From: an uncultured candidate division Zixibacteria bacterium
GTDB taxonomy: Bacteria > Zixibacteria > MSB-5A5 > GN15 > FEB-12
Direction: 5' to 3'
Length of the DNA stretch: 64,000 nucleotides
Assembly (NCBI GenBank): GCA_963735035.1
Contig: CAVTJJ010000004.1
Location: forward strand, 256,001 to 320,000
Shown here: piece by piece, positions 50,609 to 58,487 of the stretch
Position numbering within the stretch: the first letter of the stretch is position 1
Layout of the letters: each line of letters begins with the position of its first letter
Program-made: the position numbers and the translations under genes
The notes under the pieces: model-generated
The model's database searches: none
Seen by the model: only the letters and a program-made list of their open reading frames with translations
Told to the model about the DNA's origin: nothing

Positions 50609-50809
50609 ATGAGAGAGATGATCGGTGAAGCCGCCGGCAAAGTCTGGCGGACATTAAGTCAGCACAAGGAAATCAGCCTTTCGCAGATTCCGAAACTGGT
50701 CGGCGAGAAGGACACAGTGGTCTATCAGGCGGTCGGATGGCTGGCCTGCGAAAACAAGATTCAGTATCGCAACGACCGCAACCGGACGCTGGTCTCGTTG
50801 CGTTCGTAG
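50609..50809 (+). CDS. Small winged-helix protein (DUF2582-like)
   Basis: IGEAAGKVW..L...AVGWLACENKI; GGAGG RBS. Confidence 0.8.
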   Translation: MREMIGEAAGKVWRTLSQHKEISLSQIPKLVGEKDTVVYQAVGWLACENKIQYRNDRNRTLVSLRS

Positions 50810-50996
50810 ACGCGCGGTCAGTGTGACGTCGGGCATCTCTGCCCGACGGTAACTTCTTCGATTCAATCAAATCAGGCCCCTCGACCCGGCAGGTCGGGGT
50901 GTGTGCGGCTGGCATATCTGTCATGTTGTAGAATATCTGTCGACATAGGCTCCCGCCCCTAGACGACCGCCCCTCTGAAGCTTCCACTGTTCTGGC

Positions 50997-51329
50997 TTAG
51001 TCCTTAAACAGATCGTCGAAATTCTTCCGGCGCGATTCCTTGTTGTCTGTCCGCTGCCTGATGCCGCCCGCGCCCTTGACCACCTCGCGCACCTGGAAGA
51101 AATCACAGAAATTGGCTTTGTTCTTGTTCAGCACCGGATGATCGACATTCTCGCGACACTGGTGCCGTCGCGTGGGATCAAAATGCCGACAGCCGCGGCA
51201 GGTGCGAAGATCAGCGAGGCAGTTCTGGCACTGATCGTGCCGCGTGACACTGCCCTTGGAGCCGGACGGTCGCCCGCAACTCCAGCAGAGCAGACCTTCT
51301 TCTTTCAGTTCGCCGCCGTGTAAAGCCAT
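50997..51329 (-). CDS. Small Cys-rich conserved hypothetical protein
   Basis: CWSC, CQNC, CRGC..FDP, CRE, ANFCDFF; ends FDDLFKD. Confidence 0.7.
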   Translation of the reverse strand: MALHGGELKEEGLLCWSCGRPSGSKGSVTRHDQCQNCLADLRTCRGCRHFDPTRRHQCRENVDHPVLNKNKANFCDFFQVREVVKGAGGIRQRTDNKESRRKNFDDLFKD

Positions 51330-51427
51330 ACATAATTATACGCTGAATCACGGTGTTCGTCAAGCTTGATGGGATGGTATCTTTGCGACAGAAGCGATCG
51401 TAACGCCTTGAGGAATCCCACCCGTTG

Positions 51428-51609
51428 GGGAGTGTTGAAAAAGTCTCTTCCCCGTCATCGCGAGTCTCGACCGCGCTTCGCGGGCGAGATGTGGCGATCT
51501 CAAATGACACTGACACAACGAGCTTGAGATTGCCACGCTAAGCTGACCCGCCTCACGGCGTGCCATCTCCGCTCGCAATGACGATTAGACAGCCTTTTTC
51601 AAGACTCCC
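51428..51609 (-). mobile_element. MITE-like palindromic element nested in another repeat
   Basis: IRs GGGAGTGTTGAAAAAG / CTTTTTCAAGACTCCC around the inverted core. Confidence 0.7.
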
Positions 51610-51694
51610 GCTGGGTGGGGTACCGAAGAATTGGCGCAGACTAGGATTCTGCCCTACGAATCTGAGATAGTAGACACTTCTCACCAATTATCAC

Positions 51695-51723
51695 TTGACA
51701 CGACGCCCGCGTATAGTTATGCT
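51695..51723 (+). promoter_or_regulatory. Near-consensus sigma70 promoter
   Basis: TTGACA-N17-TATGCT. Confidence 0.7.
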
Positions 51724-51728
51724 TACGG

Positions 51729-52035
51729 TGCAGTTCACGCTGCACCGCCATACGATCACACATTCGACCTTGCACCTTGGGACTTTCAACTACACGCTCA
51801 CTAATCACGTGGGTCAGTTGTGTGGACCCTCACACCACCTGGACGGACTGGAACGCGTCAGGGGTCCGATTGCAGGCCCCGGTCGGACGGCCGGGAAACT
51901 TGACGTGTTAGAGTTCGGCTGGGGGAAATTCCTCACATTTGTTCGCCACGCTGCGACAGACACGGACGGTAGTATTACGTCCGTTGTGAGGGGGGCGCCT
52001 GCCCCGGTCTTTGCGCCGGGGCAGGTGTTCTGTTG
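51729..52035 (+). ncRNA. Candidate structured non-coding RNA, unassigned family
   Basis: Bounded by a promoter and a terminator hairpin; several nested helices with G-U pairs; no credible ORF. Confidence 0.55.
51995..52035 (+). terminator. Probable intrinsic terminator
   Basis: GCGCCTGCCCCGG/CCGGGGCAGGTGT stem followed by TCTGTT. Confidence 0.55.
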
Positions 52036-52070
52036 ATGTGCAGGTGAATTGTGCGGAAGATCATGCTTTC

Positions 52071-52367
52071 GTAGGGCAGAACCCGAGTCCGCCAAAGGCG
52101 GGCGAGCGGTTCTGCTACACTTCGACCCTTCGACATGCTCAGGGCTCAGTGTGACTTTGAAATGGCAGAATCACCCCACCGAGGCGGCGGGGGATTCTGC
52201 CCTACGTTAACTTAACAACATAAACCCGGCAGACGAGGACCCCCGATCAAGTCTAGGGCAGGCATCTGCCGGGCACAGTTATTGTCGATGCGGGCGTCAG
52301 GTCACACGCCCCGCTGAAGCGGGTCGCAGGACCCCCGATTAAGTCGGGGGCAAGCTCTGACGCAACC
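52071..52367. repeat. REP mosaic
   Basis: GTAGGGCAGAA..TTCTGCCCTAC pair, CCCTTCGACATGCTCAGGG, CATCTGCCGGGCAC, CCCCCGATTAAGTCGGGGG. Confidence 0.75.
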
Positions 52368-52390
52368 TGGCGGCACTGGGGCAACTCATC

Positions 52391-53638
52391 CTACGCGCCG
52401 TACTTGTCGATGATCTCCTGCTTCGACTTGCCAAGGATGTCGTACTTCTTGCCGACCTTACGGAAAGCGTCGAGCGCTTTGTCGAGATGATGAATCTCGT
52501 GACCGGCGGAGATCTGCGTGCGGATACGCGCCTGGCCTTGCGGCACCACCGGGAAGAAGAAGCCGATCGCGTAGATGCCCTCGGCGAACAAATCGCGCGA
52601 GATATCCTGTGAGAGCTTGGCGTTGAACAACATCACCGGCACGATCGGGGTATCGCCCTCTTTCAGAACGAAGCCGGCCTCCTCGAGACCTTTCCGCCAA
52701 TAGGCGGTGTTCTTCTCGAGTTTGTCGCGTCGCTCGGTACTCTTGGACAGAATATCCAGCACCCGGATAACACCGGAAACCACTACCGGCGCAATAGTAT
52801 TCGAAAACAGGTATGGCCGCGCTCTCTGGCGGCACATCTCGACCAGTTCGCGGCGTCCTGACACGCAGCCGCCCGACGCTCCACCAAGCGCCTTGCCGAA
52901 AGTAGTCGTGATGACATCGATCTTGCCCACCACGCCGTATTTCTCGTGCGTGCCGCGGCCGGTCTTGCCGATGAATCCACTGGAGTGGGAATCGTCTACA
53001 AACAGCATGGCGTCGTACTTATCACACAGTTCCACCATCTTGTCCAACTGCGCCGTGTCGCCGTCCATCGAGAACACGCCGTCAGTGATAACCATGCGGA
53101 CTCTGCGTCCGGCGTGAAGCTGCAATTTCTCTTCGAGATGCTCCATGTTGGCATGTTTGAACGTATCCTGCTCGGCGCTGCACAACCGCATGCCGTCGAT
53201 AATCGACGCATGCACGAGCCGGTCGGCGATCATCATGTCGTCTTTGGTGAGAACGGCCTCGAAGATACCGGCGTTGGCGTCCATGCATGACGGGAACAGA
53301 ATTGTGTCTTCGGTGCCGAGGAAAGCGGTTACTTTGCGTTCCAACTCACGATGTATATCCTGCGTGCCGCAGATAAAGCGTACCGATGACATGCCGTAGC
53401 CACGGCTGTCGAGGCCTTCGTGCGCTGCTTTGAGTACCTCGGGATGGCTGGACATGCCGAGATAGTTGTTGGCGCACATGTTGATTACTTTCTTCGGCGC
53501 GGCGCCGGTCGGAAATTCGACTTCGATATCCGCCGCCTGCGACGAATGTATGTACCGTTCCTGTTTGAACAGGCCGGCGTCCTGAATCCCCTTAAGTTGA
53601 TCTTGATAAATTGTGCGAACCTTATCGCTGTAGCCCAT
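52391..53638 (-). CDS. kbl: Glycine C-acetyltransferase (2-amino-3-ketobutyrate CoA ligase)
   Basis: CANNYLG, SSVRFICGTQ, HASIIDG, DDSH, TFGKALGG, RPYLFSN, ARIRTQ. Confidence 0.92.
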   Translation of the reverse strand: MGYSDKVRTIYQDQLKGIQDAGLFKQERYIHSSQAADIEVEFPTGAAPKKVINMCANNYLGMSSHPEVLKAAHEGLDSRGYGMSSVRFICGTQDIHRELERKVTAFLGTEDTILFPSCMDANAGIFEAVLTKDDMMIADRLVHASIIDGMRLCSAEQDTFKHANMEHLEEKLQLHAGRRVRMVITDGVFSMDGDTAQLDKMVELCDKYDAMLFVDDSHSSGFIGKTGRGTHEKYGVVGKIDVITTTFGKALGGASGGCVSGRRELVEMCRQRARPYLFSNTIAPVVVSGVIRVLDILSKSTERRDKLEKNTAYWRKGLEEAGFVLKEGDTPIVPVMLFNAKLSQDISRDLFAEGIYAIGFFFPVVPQGQARIRTQISAGHEIHHLDKALDAFRKVGKKYDILGKSKQEIIDKYGA

Positions 53639-53710
53639 ATTCGACTCCTAGGTTAGCTGCCACATCGCGAACCGGCCGAATCTTACCCGGCCGGTTAATC
53701 ACACCCGACG

Positions 53711-53956
53711 CTACTTGAGGAATTGCCGGACCAGCGCCACGATTTTGTTGACCGAATCAAATGCTTCGGGGGTGGCCTTCTCATCCGGAATGCTGATCTT
53801 GTACTTGTTCTCGAGGAACCGCTTCAGCGAAACCATGGAAAAAGAATCGACGATACCACCCGAGATCAGGGCCGTGTCGCAATCGATTTCTTCTTCTTCA
53901 TCCTCGAGATATTCGTTCTTTACATATTTCAGAACGGCTTGTTGCATTTCATCCAT
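53711..53956 (-). CDS. Acyl carrier protein
   Basis: Acidic, 81 aa; GGIVDSFSMV; FDSV. Confidence 0.9.
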   Translation of the reverse strand: MDEMQQAVLKYVKNEYLEDEEEEIDCDTALISGGIVDSFSMVSLKRFLENKYKISIPDEKATPEAFDSVNKIVALVRQFLK

Positions 53957-53982
53957 CGATACACCTGCTTCTATATTTGACG

Positions 53983-55686
53983 TTAATCATTTTCCAGTGT
54001 GGAAGTGTCGCCGATTTCCTCGCCCCATTCCTTGGCTCGCAACACTCGGCGCATGATCTTGCCGGAGCGGGTCTTGGGGAGCGACGGTACGTATTCAATC
54101 TCCTGCGGCATAGCCAGCGGGGAGAGTCTCTTGCGAATGAAGTTCATGATATCCAGTTCAAGATCGACACTCGCCTCAAAACCGGGCTTAAGTGTCACGA
54201 ACGCCTTCACCACTTCCATGTTGACTTCGTCCGGCTTGGCCACGACTGCCGATTCCGCCACTGACGGGTGTTCCAGCAGCGCCGATTCGACTTCGAACGG
54301 GCTGACCAGATGTCCGGCGGTGTTGATGATATCGTCATCGCGACCTGCGAACCAGAAGTAACCATCGGCGTCGATACTCGACCGGTCACCCGGCATGTAC
54401 CAGCCGTTCTTGAATTTAGCTTTGTAGGTAGCCTCGTTATTGCGATAGCCGCGCATCATCGCCGGCCATCCAGGTTGAAAGGCAATAAGGCCGATCCGCC
54501 CGGGATCAGTAATAGGTTCGTAGGTCTTGAGATCGAGCACGGTTGCCCCGATGCCGGGGAAGGCGCGCCCCATCGAACCCGGTTTCACTTTCATGCCGGG
54601 GAAATTCGTGATCATCATCGAGCCGGTCTCGGTCTGCCAATACGTATCATGGAACGGTAGGCCGAAGACACGCAGGGACCAATGCACCGCCTCGGCGTTG
54701 AGCGGCTCGCCCACACTGCATAGGTGGCGAAGTGATTTCATGTCGAACTTCTTGACGATCTCGTCACCGGCCTTCATCAAAGACCGGATTGCGGTCGGAG
54801 CCGAATACCAGACCGTCACACGATGCTTCTCAATGAATCGGTACCAGTTCTCCGCCGAGAATCCTACATCCTGCACGCATTGAGTGACGCCCATGGTGAA
54901 GGGTGCGATAATGCCGTACGATGTGCCCGTGACCCAGCCCGGATCGGCGGTGCACCAGTAGACGTCGTCGTCCTTCAGGTCAAGCACCCACTTCGCGGTC
55001 AGGAACTGTGATATGAGCGAGTAGTGTACGTGCTGTACGCCTTTCGGCTTACCGGTAGTGCCGGAGGTGTAGTGAATCACCGAGGGCGACTCGGCTTTGG
55101 TCGGATAGGCCGGGAAATTCTCAACCGGTTTGGCATCGGCGAGTGAGAAAGCAATCTCGCGATCTTTCAACTCTCTCTTGCCGTCGTGATCGACAATGAT
55201 GATGTGCTTGAGGAACGGCATTTGATCGAGAATGCGGCGCACTTTGCCGACATGCTTGCGCTGAGTCAATATGGCAGTTGCCTGAGCGTCTTCAAGGCGC
55301 ACGAAGAGCGAATCTTCACCGAAAGCCGAGAACAGCGGCTGTGCGACGGCGCCCATCTTCAGAATGCCGACAAAGCCCAGATACAGTTCCGGAATGCGGT
55401 CCATAAAAAGACAGACACGATCGCCCGGCTGGATGCCCAGATCGCGCAGATAGGCGGCGATAGTGTTGGTAGTGAGGCGAACATCGTTGTAAGTGTACCG
55501 CTTCTCTTCGGCGCCGGTACCTTCCCAGATAAGCGCCGGTTTGTCGGCTTTGCCCATCTGACAGACACGATCAGAGCAGTACCAGCCGATGTTGATGACA
55601 TCGCCCGCTTTGTAACCGAGTTCCTTTTCAGCGATATCCCAACTGAAATTGCGAGCCCGGTCTTCGTAGTTGCCAAAATTATTCAT
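53983..55686 (-). CDS. acsA: Acetate-CoA ligase (AcsA type)
   Basis: YTSGTTGKPKG, YWCTADPGWVTG, SVGEPLN, DTYWQTETG, PKTRSGKIMRR. Confidence 0.88.
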   Translation of the reverse strand: MNNFGNYEDRARNFSWDIAEKELGYKAGDVINIGWYCSDRVCQMGKADKPALIWEGTGAEEKRYTYNDVRLTTNTIAAYLRDLGIQPGDRVCLFMDRIPELYLGFVGILKMGAVAQPLFSAFGEDSLFVRLEDAQATAILTQRKHVGKVRRILDQMPFLKHIIIVDHDGKRELKDREIAFSLADAKPVENFPAYPTKAESPSVIHYTSGTTGKPKGVQHVHYSLISQFLTAKWVLDLKDDDVYWCTADPGWVTGTSYGIIAPFTMGVTQCVQDVGFSAENWYRFIEKHRVTVWYSAPTAIRSLMKAGDEIVKKFDMKSLRHLCSVGEPLNAEAVHWSLRVFGLPFHDTYWQTETGSMMITNFPGMKVKPGSMGRAFPGIGATVLDLKTYEPITDPGRIGLIAFQPGWPAMMRGYRNNEATYKAKFKNGWYMPGDRSSIDADGYFWFAGRDDDIINTAGHLVSPFEVESALLEHPSVAESAVVAKPDEVNMEVVKAFVTLKPGFEASVDLELDIMNFIRKRLSPLAMPQEIEYVPSLPKTRSGKIMRRVLRAKEWGEEIGDTSTLEND

Positions 55687-55689
55687 CAG

Positions 55690-56070
55690 TTACTCTATTC
55701 CTTCAGGTTGCAGGGCAACCACGGCACAAGCGTATTGATCGGTGAATGACGACGAGACCAGATAACGGTCACTATCGACGCCACCTATCAGTTCGCTCAT
55801 TCGACCGCTCAGTCGAAGCCGGGTCGCACCTGAACGATTCATGACTTCTATATCTCTAAATCTGAGCCCTTCATGCAAACCAATTCCAGCCGCTTTTAGA
55901 AGAGCTTCCTTGACGGCCAGGATAGCGGCGAGGCGGGCATATCCTCGGCGCTTTGTCCGATACTCCGCCAGCTCACTATCGGTGAATATTCCCTCAAGGG
56001 TGCCGTCGGCGCGGTCAACCGCGCTTCTAATCCGGTCTACCGTGACTATGTCTATACCGAATGCTTGCAT
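55690..56070 (-). CDS. acpS: Holo-ACP synthase (AcpS-type PPTase)
   Basis: GIDIV..RI, IFTDSE, AVKEALLKAAG.G. Confidence 0.85.
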   Translation of the reverse strand: MQAFGIDIVTVDRIRSAVDRADGTLEGIFTDSELAEYRTKRRGYARLAAILAVKEALLKAAGIGLHEGLRFRDIEVMNRSGATRLRLSGRMSELIGGVDSDRYLVSSSFTDQYACAVVALQPEGIE

Positions 56071-56096
56071 GTCGTGGCGCTCCGTGATAACCGGCC

Positions 56097-57074
56097 TTAG
56101 CCGATCTTGCTCACCGTGGGCCCTACCCGGAGCTTGCGCGACAACACGTCGATCATGTCGCTGGTCATCCTGGCGAGATCGTACTCAGGTTTCCAGCCCC
56201 ACTCCTTGCGGGCGCAGCTATCATCCATTGAGTTCGGCCACGAATCAGCAATCGCCTGTCGCACCGGATCGACGTTGTAGTCGATCGTGAATTCTGGAAT
56301 ATGCTTGCGGATTTCATCGGCGAGAATCTTTGGGGTGAAGCTCATTGCTGTAACGTTGAACGAATTCCGATGTATCAGCTTCGTGCCATCAGCCTCCATC
56401 AGGTCGATCATGGCGCGAATGGCATCAGGCATGTACATCATATCGAGCCAGGTGTCGGGTCTGAGATAGCAGGTGTATTTCTTACTCTTGATAGCCTGAT
56501 AGAAGATGTCCACAGCGTAATCGGTGGTGCCGCCACCCGGTTCGGTTTCATACGAGATCAATCCGGGGAAGCGAACGCCCCGGGTATCGAGTCCGAACCG
56601 TTTGTGGTAATAGTCACACAGTAGTTCGCCGGCCACTTTGGTGACGCCGTAGATTGTGTCGGGCCGCTGTATTGTATCCTGAGGGGTCTTGTCCTGTGGA
56701 GTCGACTTTCCAAACGCGCCTATTGAGCTAGGAAAGAACAGCGAACACTTATGCTGCTGTGCCGCTTCGAGAAAATTGAACAGGCCGTTCATGTTGACCT
56801 GCCAGGCGGTGCCGGGGCGGGACTCGCCGGTGGCGGACAGGATCGCTCCCAGATGATAGATCGTATCGATATCATGAACCTGCATCACACGGGAGATATG
56901 ATGCGGCAGGGTGACGTCCAGAAATTCAAACGGGCCGGCATCGCGCAGCCGTACGTCGGTGGGCATGCGGATGTCGGTCGCGACTACTTTGTCATCACCA
57001 TATTTCTGTCTGAGTGCGGCGGTCAGTTCGGATCCGATCTGACCGAGAGCGCCGGTAACCAGAATCTGCTTCAT
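56097..57074 (-). CDS. tdh: L-threonine 3-dehydrogenase (SDR/GalE-like)
   Basis: TGALGQIG, LSATGE, PSSIGAFG, YGVTK, PGGGTTDYAV, MMYMPD, RQAIADSWP. Confidence 0.88.
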   Translation of the reverse strand: MKQILVTGALGQIGSELTAALRQKYGDDKVVATDIRMPTDVRLRDAGPFEFLDVTLPHHISRVMQVHDIDTIYHLGAILSATGESRPGTAWQVNMNGLFNFLEAAQQHKCSLFFPSSIGAFGKSTPQDKTPQDTIQRPDTIYGVTKVAGELLCDYYHKRFGLDTRGVRFPGLISYETEPGGGTTDYAVDIFYQAIKSKKYTCYLRPDTWLDMMYMPDAIRAMIDLMEADGTKLIHRNSFNVTAMSFTPKILADEIRKHIPEFTIDYNVDPVRQAIADSWPNSMDDSCARKEWGWKPEYDLARMTSDMIDVLSRKLRVGPTVSKIG

Positions 57075-57257
57075 CTCAAAGGACCTCAATAGCTTACTGT
57101 TGCGGGCGCGAATCTGAAATATTTCGCCGCCCAAGCCGTCCACGTTGCCGGCCAGCTCGCTGGAAAATAAGGAACGGGCAGGAAAAATCAAGCGAATCCG
57201 CGCTATCAGACGCGATTCCGCACCAACATCTGTCTATGGGGAAGATCCGCTTAATAG

Positions 57258-57385
57258 TCATTGCGAGCGGAGATGGCTCGCCGTCAGGCGTGGCATCGTA
57301 GCGCGGCAATCTCAATGTTGTTGCACCAGTATCATTTGAGATCGCCACGTCTCGCCCGCGAAGCGCGGCCGAGACTCGCGATGAC
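57258..57385 (+). mobile_element. Palindromic MITE-like element, fourth copy
   Basis: GTCATTGCGAGCGGAGATGG...GCAATCTC...GAGATCGCCAC...CTCGCGATGAC. Confidence 0.75.
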
Positions 57386-57407
57386 GGGGAGTGAACTTCT
57401 ACAACAA

Positions 57408-58073
57408 TTAGTCCGGTGGTCGTATGGTAGCGATAGCGGCCAACAACTGTTCTTTGTTGGCGATAGATATCTTGCGTCCTCTGATTGGTAGATCAGGCAG
57501 ATCTCTGGCGTAGCGCCTTAGTTTGACCACTGGCATCGCTGCAAGCTGTTCCCACGTTGGCTGTTCGGAAGAGATCTCTGAAGTGTGGGCAGGAATGCGG
57601 ACGGGTGGAGTGGCGATTCGAATTGGCGCCTCTACTATCGCGGGTTCTTTGTGACTAACGGGAGCCGGTGCTTTTGGTTTGGTAGGCTTTCTGGCAGGCT
57701 TGGTTGGCGATGCGACACGAACCGCGGCGGCCTTCTCGGGAGCCGGCTTCTTGAGAATCGGGGCGGAAGACTCGTCGGGACTGTAGCGGTCGACAAAACG
57801 CGGATAAGGCATGATCGCACTGACTTCGTCGTCGGATTTTGGGATCACGTGCATCGACACCAGTTCGCCGGCGACATAGGCAGCGCGTGCTCCAGCTTCA
57901 ACTGCTCCCTGGACCGCCGACCATTCACCCTCAATCTTGACCGTCATGCGGCCGGACGCTCCCTGCTCCGCCGAGACAATCACTACCTCACCCAAATCCG
58001 ATGCGGCGCGGGTCGCCTTGATGGCGCCTTCAATGCCGCTTGTTTCTACTAGTCCTAACGCTGGTCGTGGCAT
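57408..58073 (-). CDS. BMC-H shell protein with Pro/Ala/Lys linker and C-terminal helical domain
   Basis: ALGLVET.G...AI.A, VKIEGEWSAVQGAVEAG, HVIPK; C-terminal VVKLRRYAR...ISIANKEQL. Confidence 0.85.
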   Translation of the reverse strand: MPRPALGLVETSGIEGAIKATRAASDLGEVVIVSAEQGASGRMTVKIEGEWSAVQGAVEAGARAAYVAGELVSMHVIPKSDDEVSAIMPYPRFVDRYSPDESSAPILKKPAPEKAAAVRVASPTKPARKPTKPKAPAPVSHKEPAIVEAPIRIATPPVRIPAHTSEISSEQPTWEQLAAMPVVKLRRYARDLPDLPIRGRKISIANKEQLLAAIATIRPPD

Positions 58074-58252
58074 GATCCTGAACCTACAAAATGCCGTGCT
58101 CCGATTCAACCAATAAAGTGATCGACAACTTGTGGAACATAAATGAGCGTCGCCCGTGCATCCCCTCGAGCACGGGCGACTGGGCACCAAGAAAAAGAGG
58201 ACCTACCGAGCGCCTTGTCAGCGCCAGGAGTAAGAATGACGCAACGGTATTT

Positions 58253-58268
58253 AGCAAGGGCTGTGCCA
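58253..58268 (-). promoter_or_regulatory. sigma54 -24/-12 promoter
   Basis: Minus strand TGGCAC-AGCCC-TTGCT, matching the consensus. Confidence 0.8.
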
Positions 58269-58356
58269 TCGAGTTGGTCGCATTACGTATGGTATTGTGT
58301 TTCAACAAGTTGGGGCGTGTGACGGGTAGTATAGGATGGGTGTGGCCGGTTTTGGT

Positions 58357-58372
58357 TCGTATGAACATACGA
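58357..58372. promoter_or_regulatory. Candidate upstream activator sequence
   Basis: Perfect inverted repeat TCGTATG-AA-CATACGA about 120 bp upstream of the predicted sigma54 +1. Confidence 0.45.
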
Positions 58373-58383
58373 CCGACGGACAT

Positions 58384-58424
58384 AAAAAAGGCGGTAAGTG
58401 CTTGACCGGGGGACACTTACCGCC
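58384..58424 (-). terminator. Intrinsic terminator of the peptide/TPR-bEBP operon
   Basis: 11-bp stem GGCGGTAAGTG/CACTTACCGCC followed by T6 on the minus strand. Confidence 0.8.
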
Positions 58425-58487
58425 ACCAAGGAGTGTTCTTTATAATCGTACGGTGTCACGAGACAATTCTTGAGAATCGTCCTGTGA

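Noticed and set aside
51695..52036. 113-aa ORF over the candidate ncRNA
   Set aside because: Its TTG start is the -35 box itself; no RBS and no recognisable protein features
52391..53638. Serine palmitoyltransferase / sphingolipid cluster
   Set aside because: Motifs (SVRFICGTQ, RPYLFSN) are Kbl-type and the partner ligase is short-chain Acs-type
53670..53696. Hairpin between acp and kbl as a terminator
   Set aside because: No U-tract on the coding strand; at most an mRNA stability element
58084..58416. 110-aa and 104-aa ORFs between the bEBP and BMC genes
   Set aside because: They overlap the terminator, UAS and sigma54 promoter; no RBS or motifs
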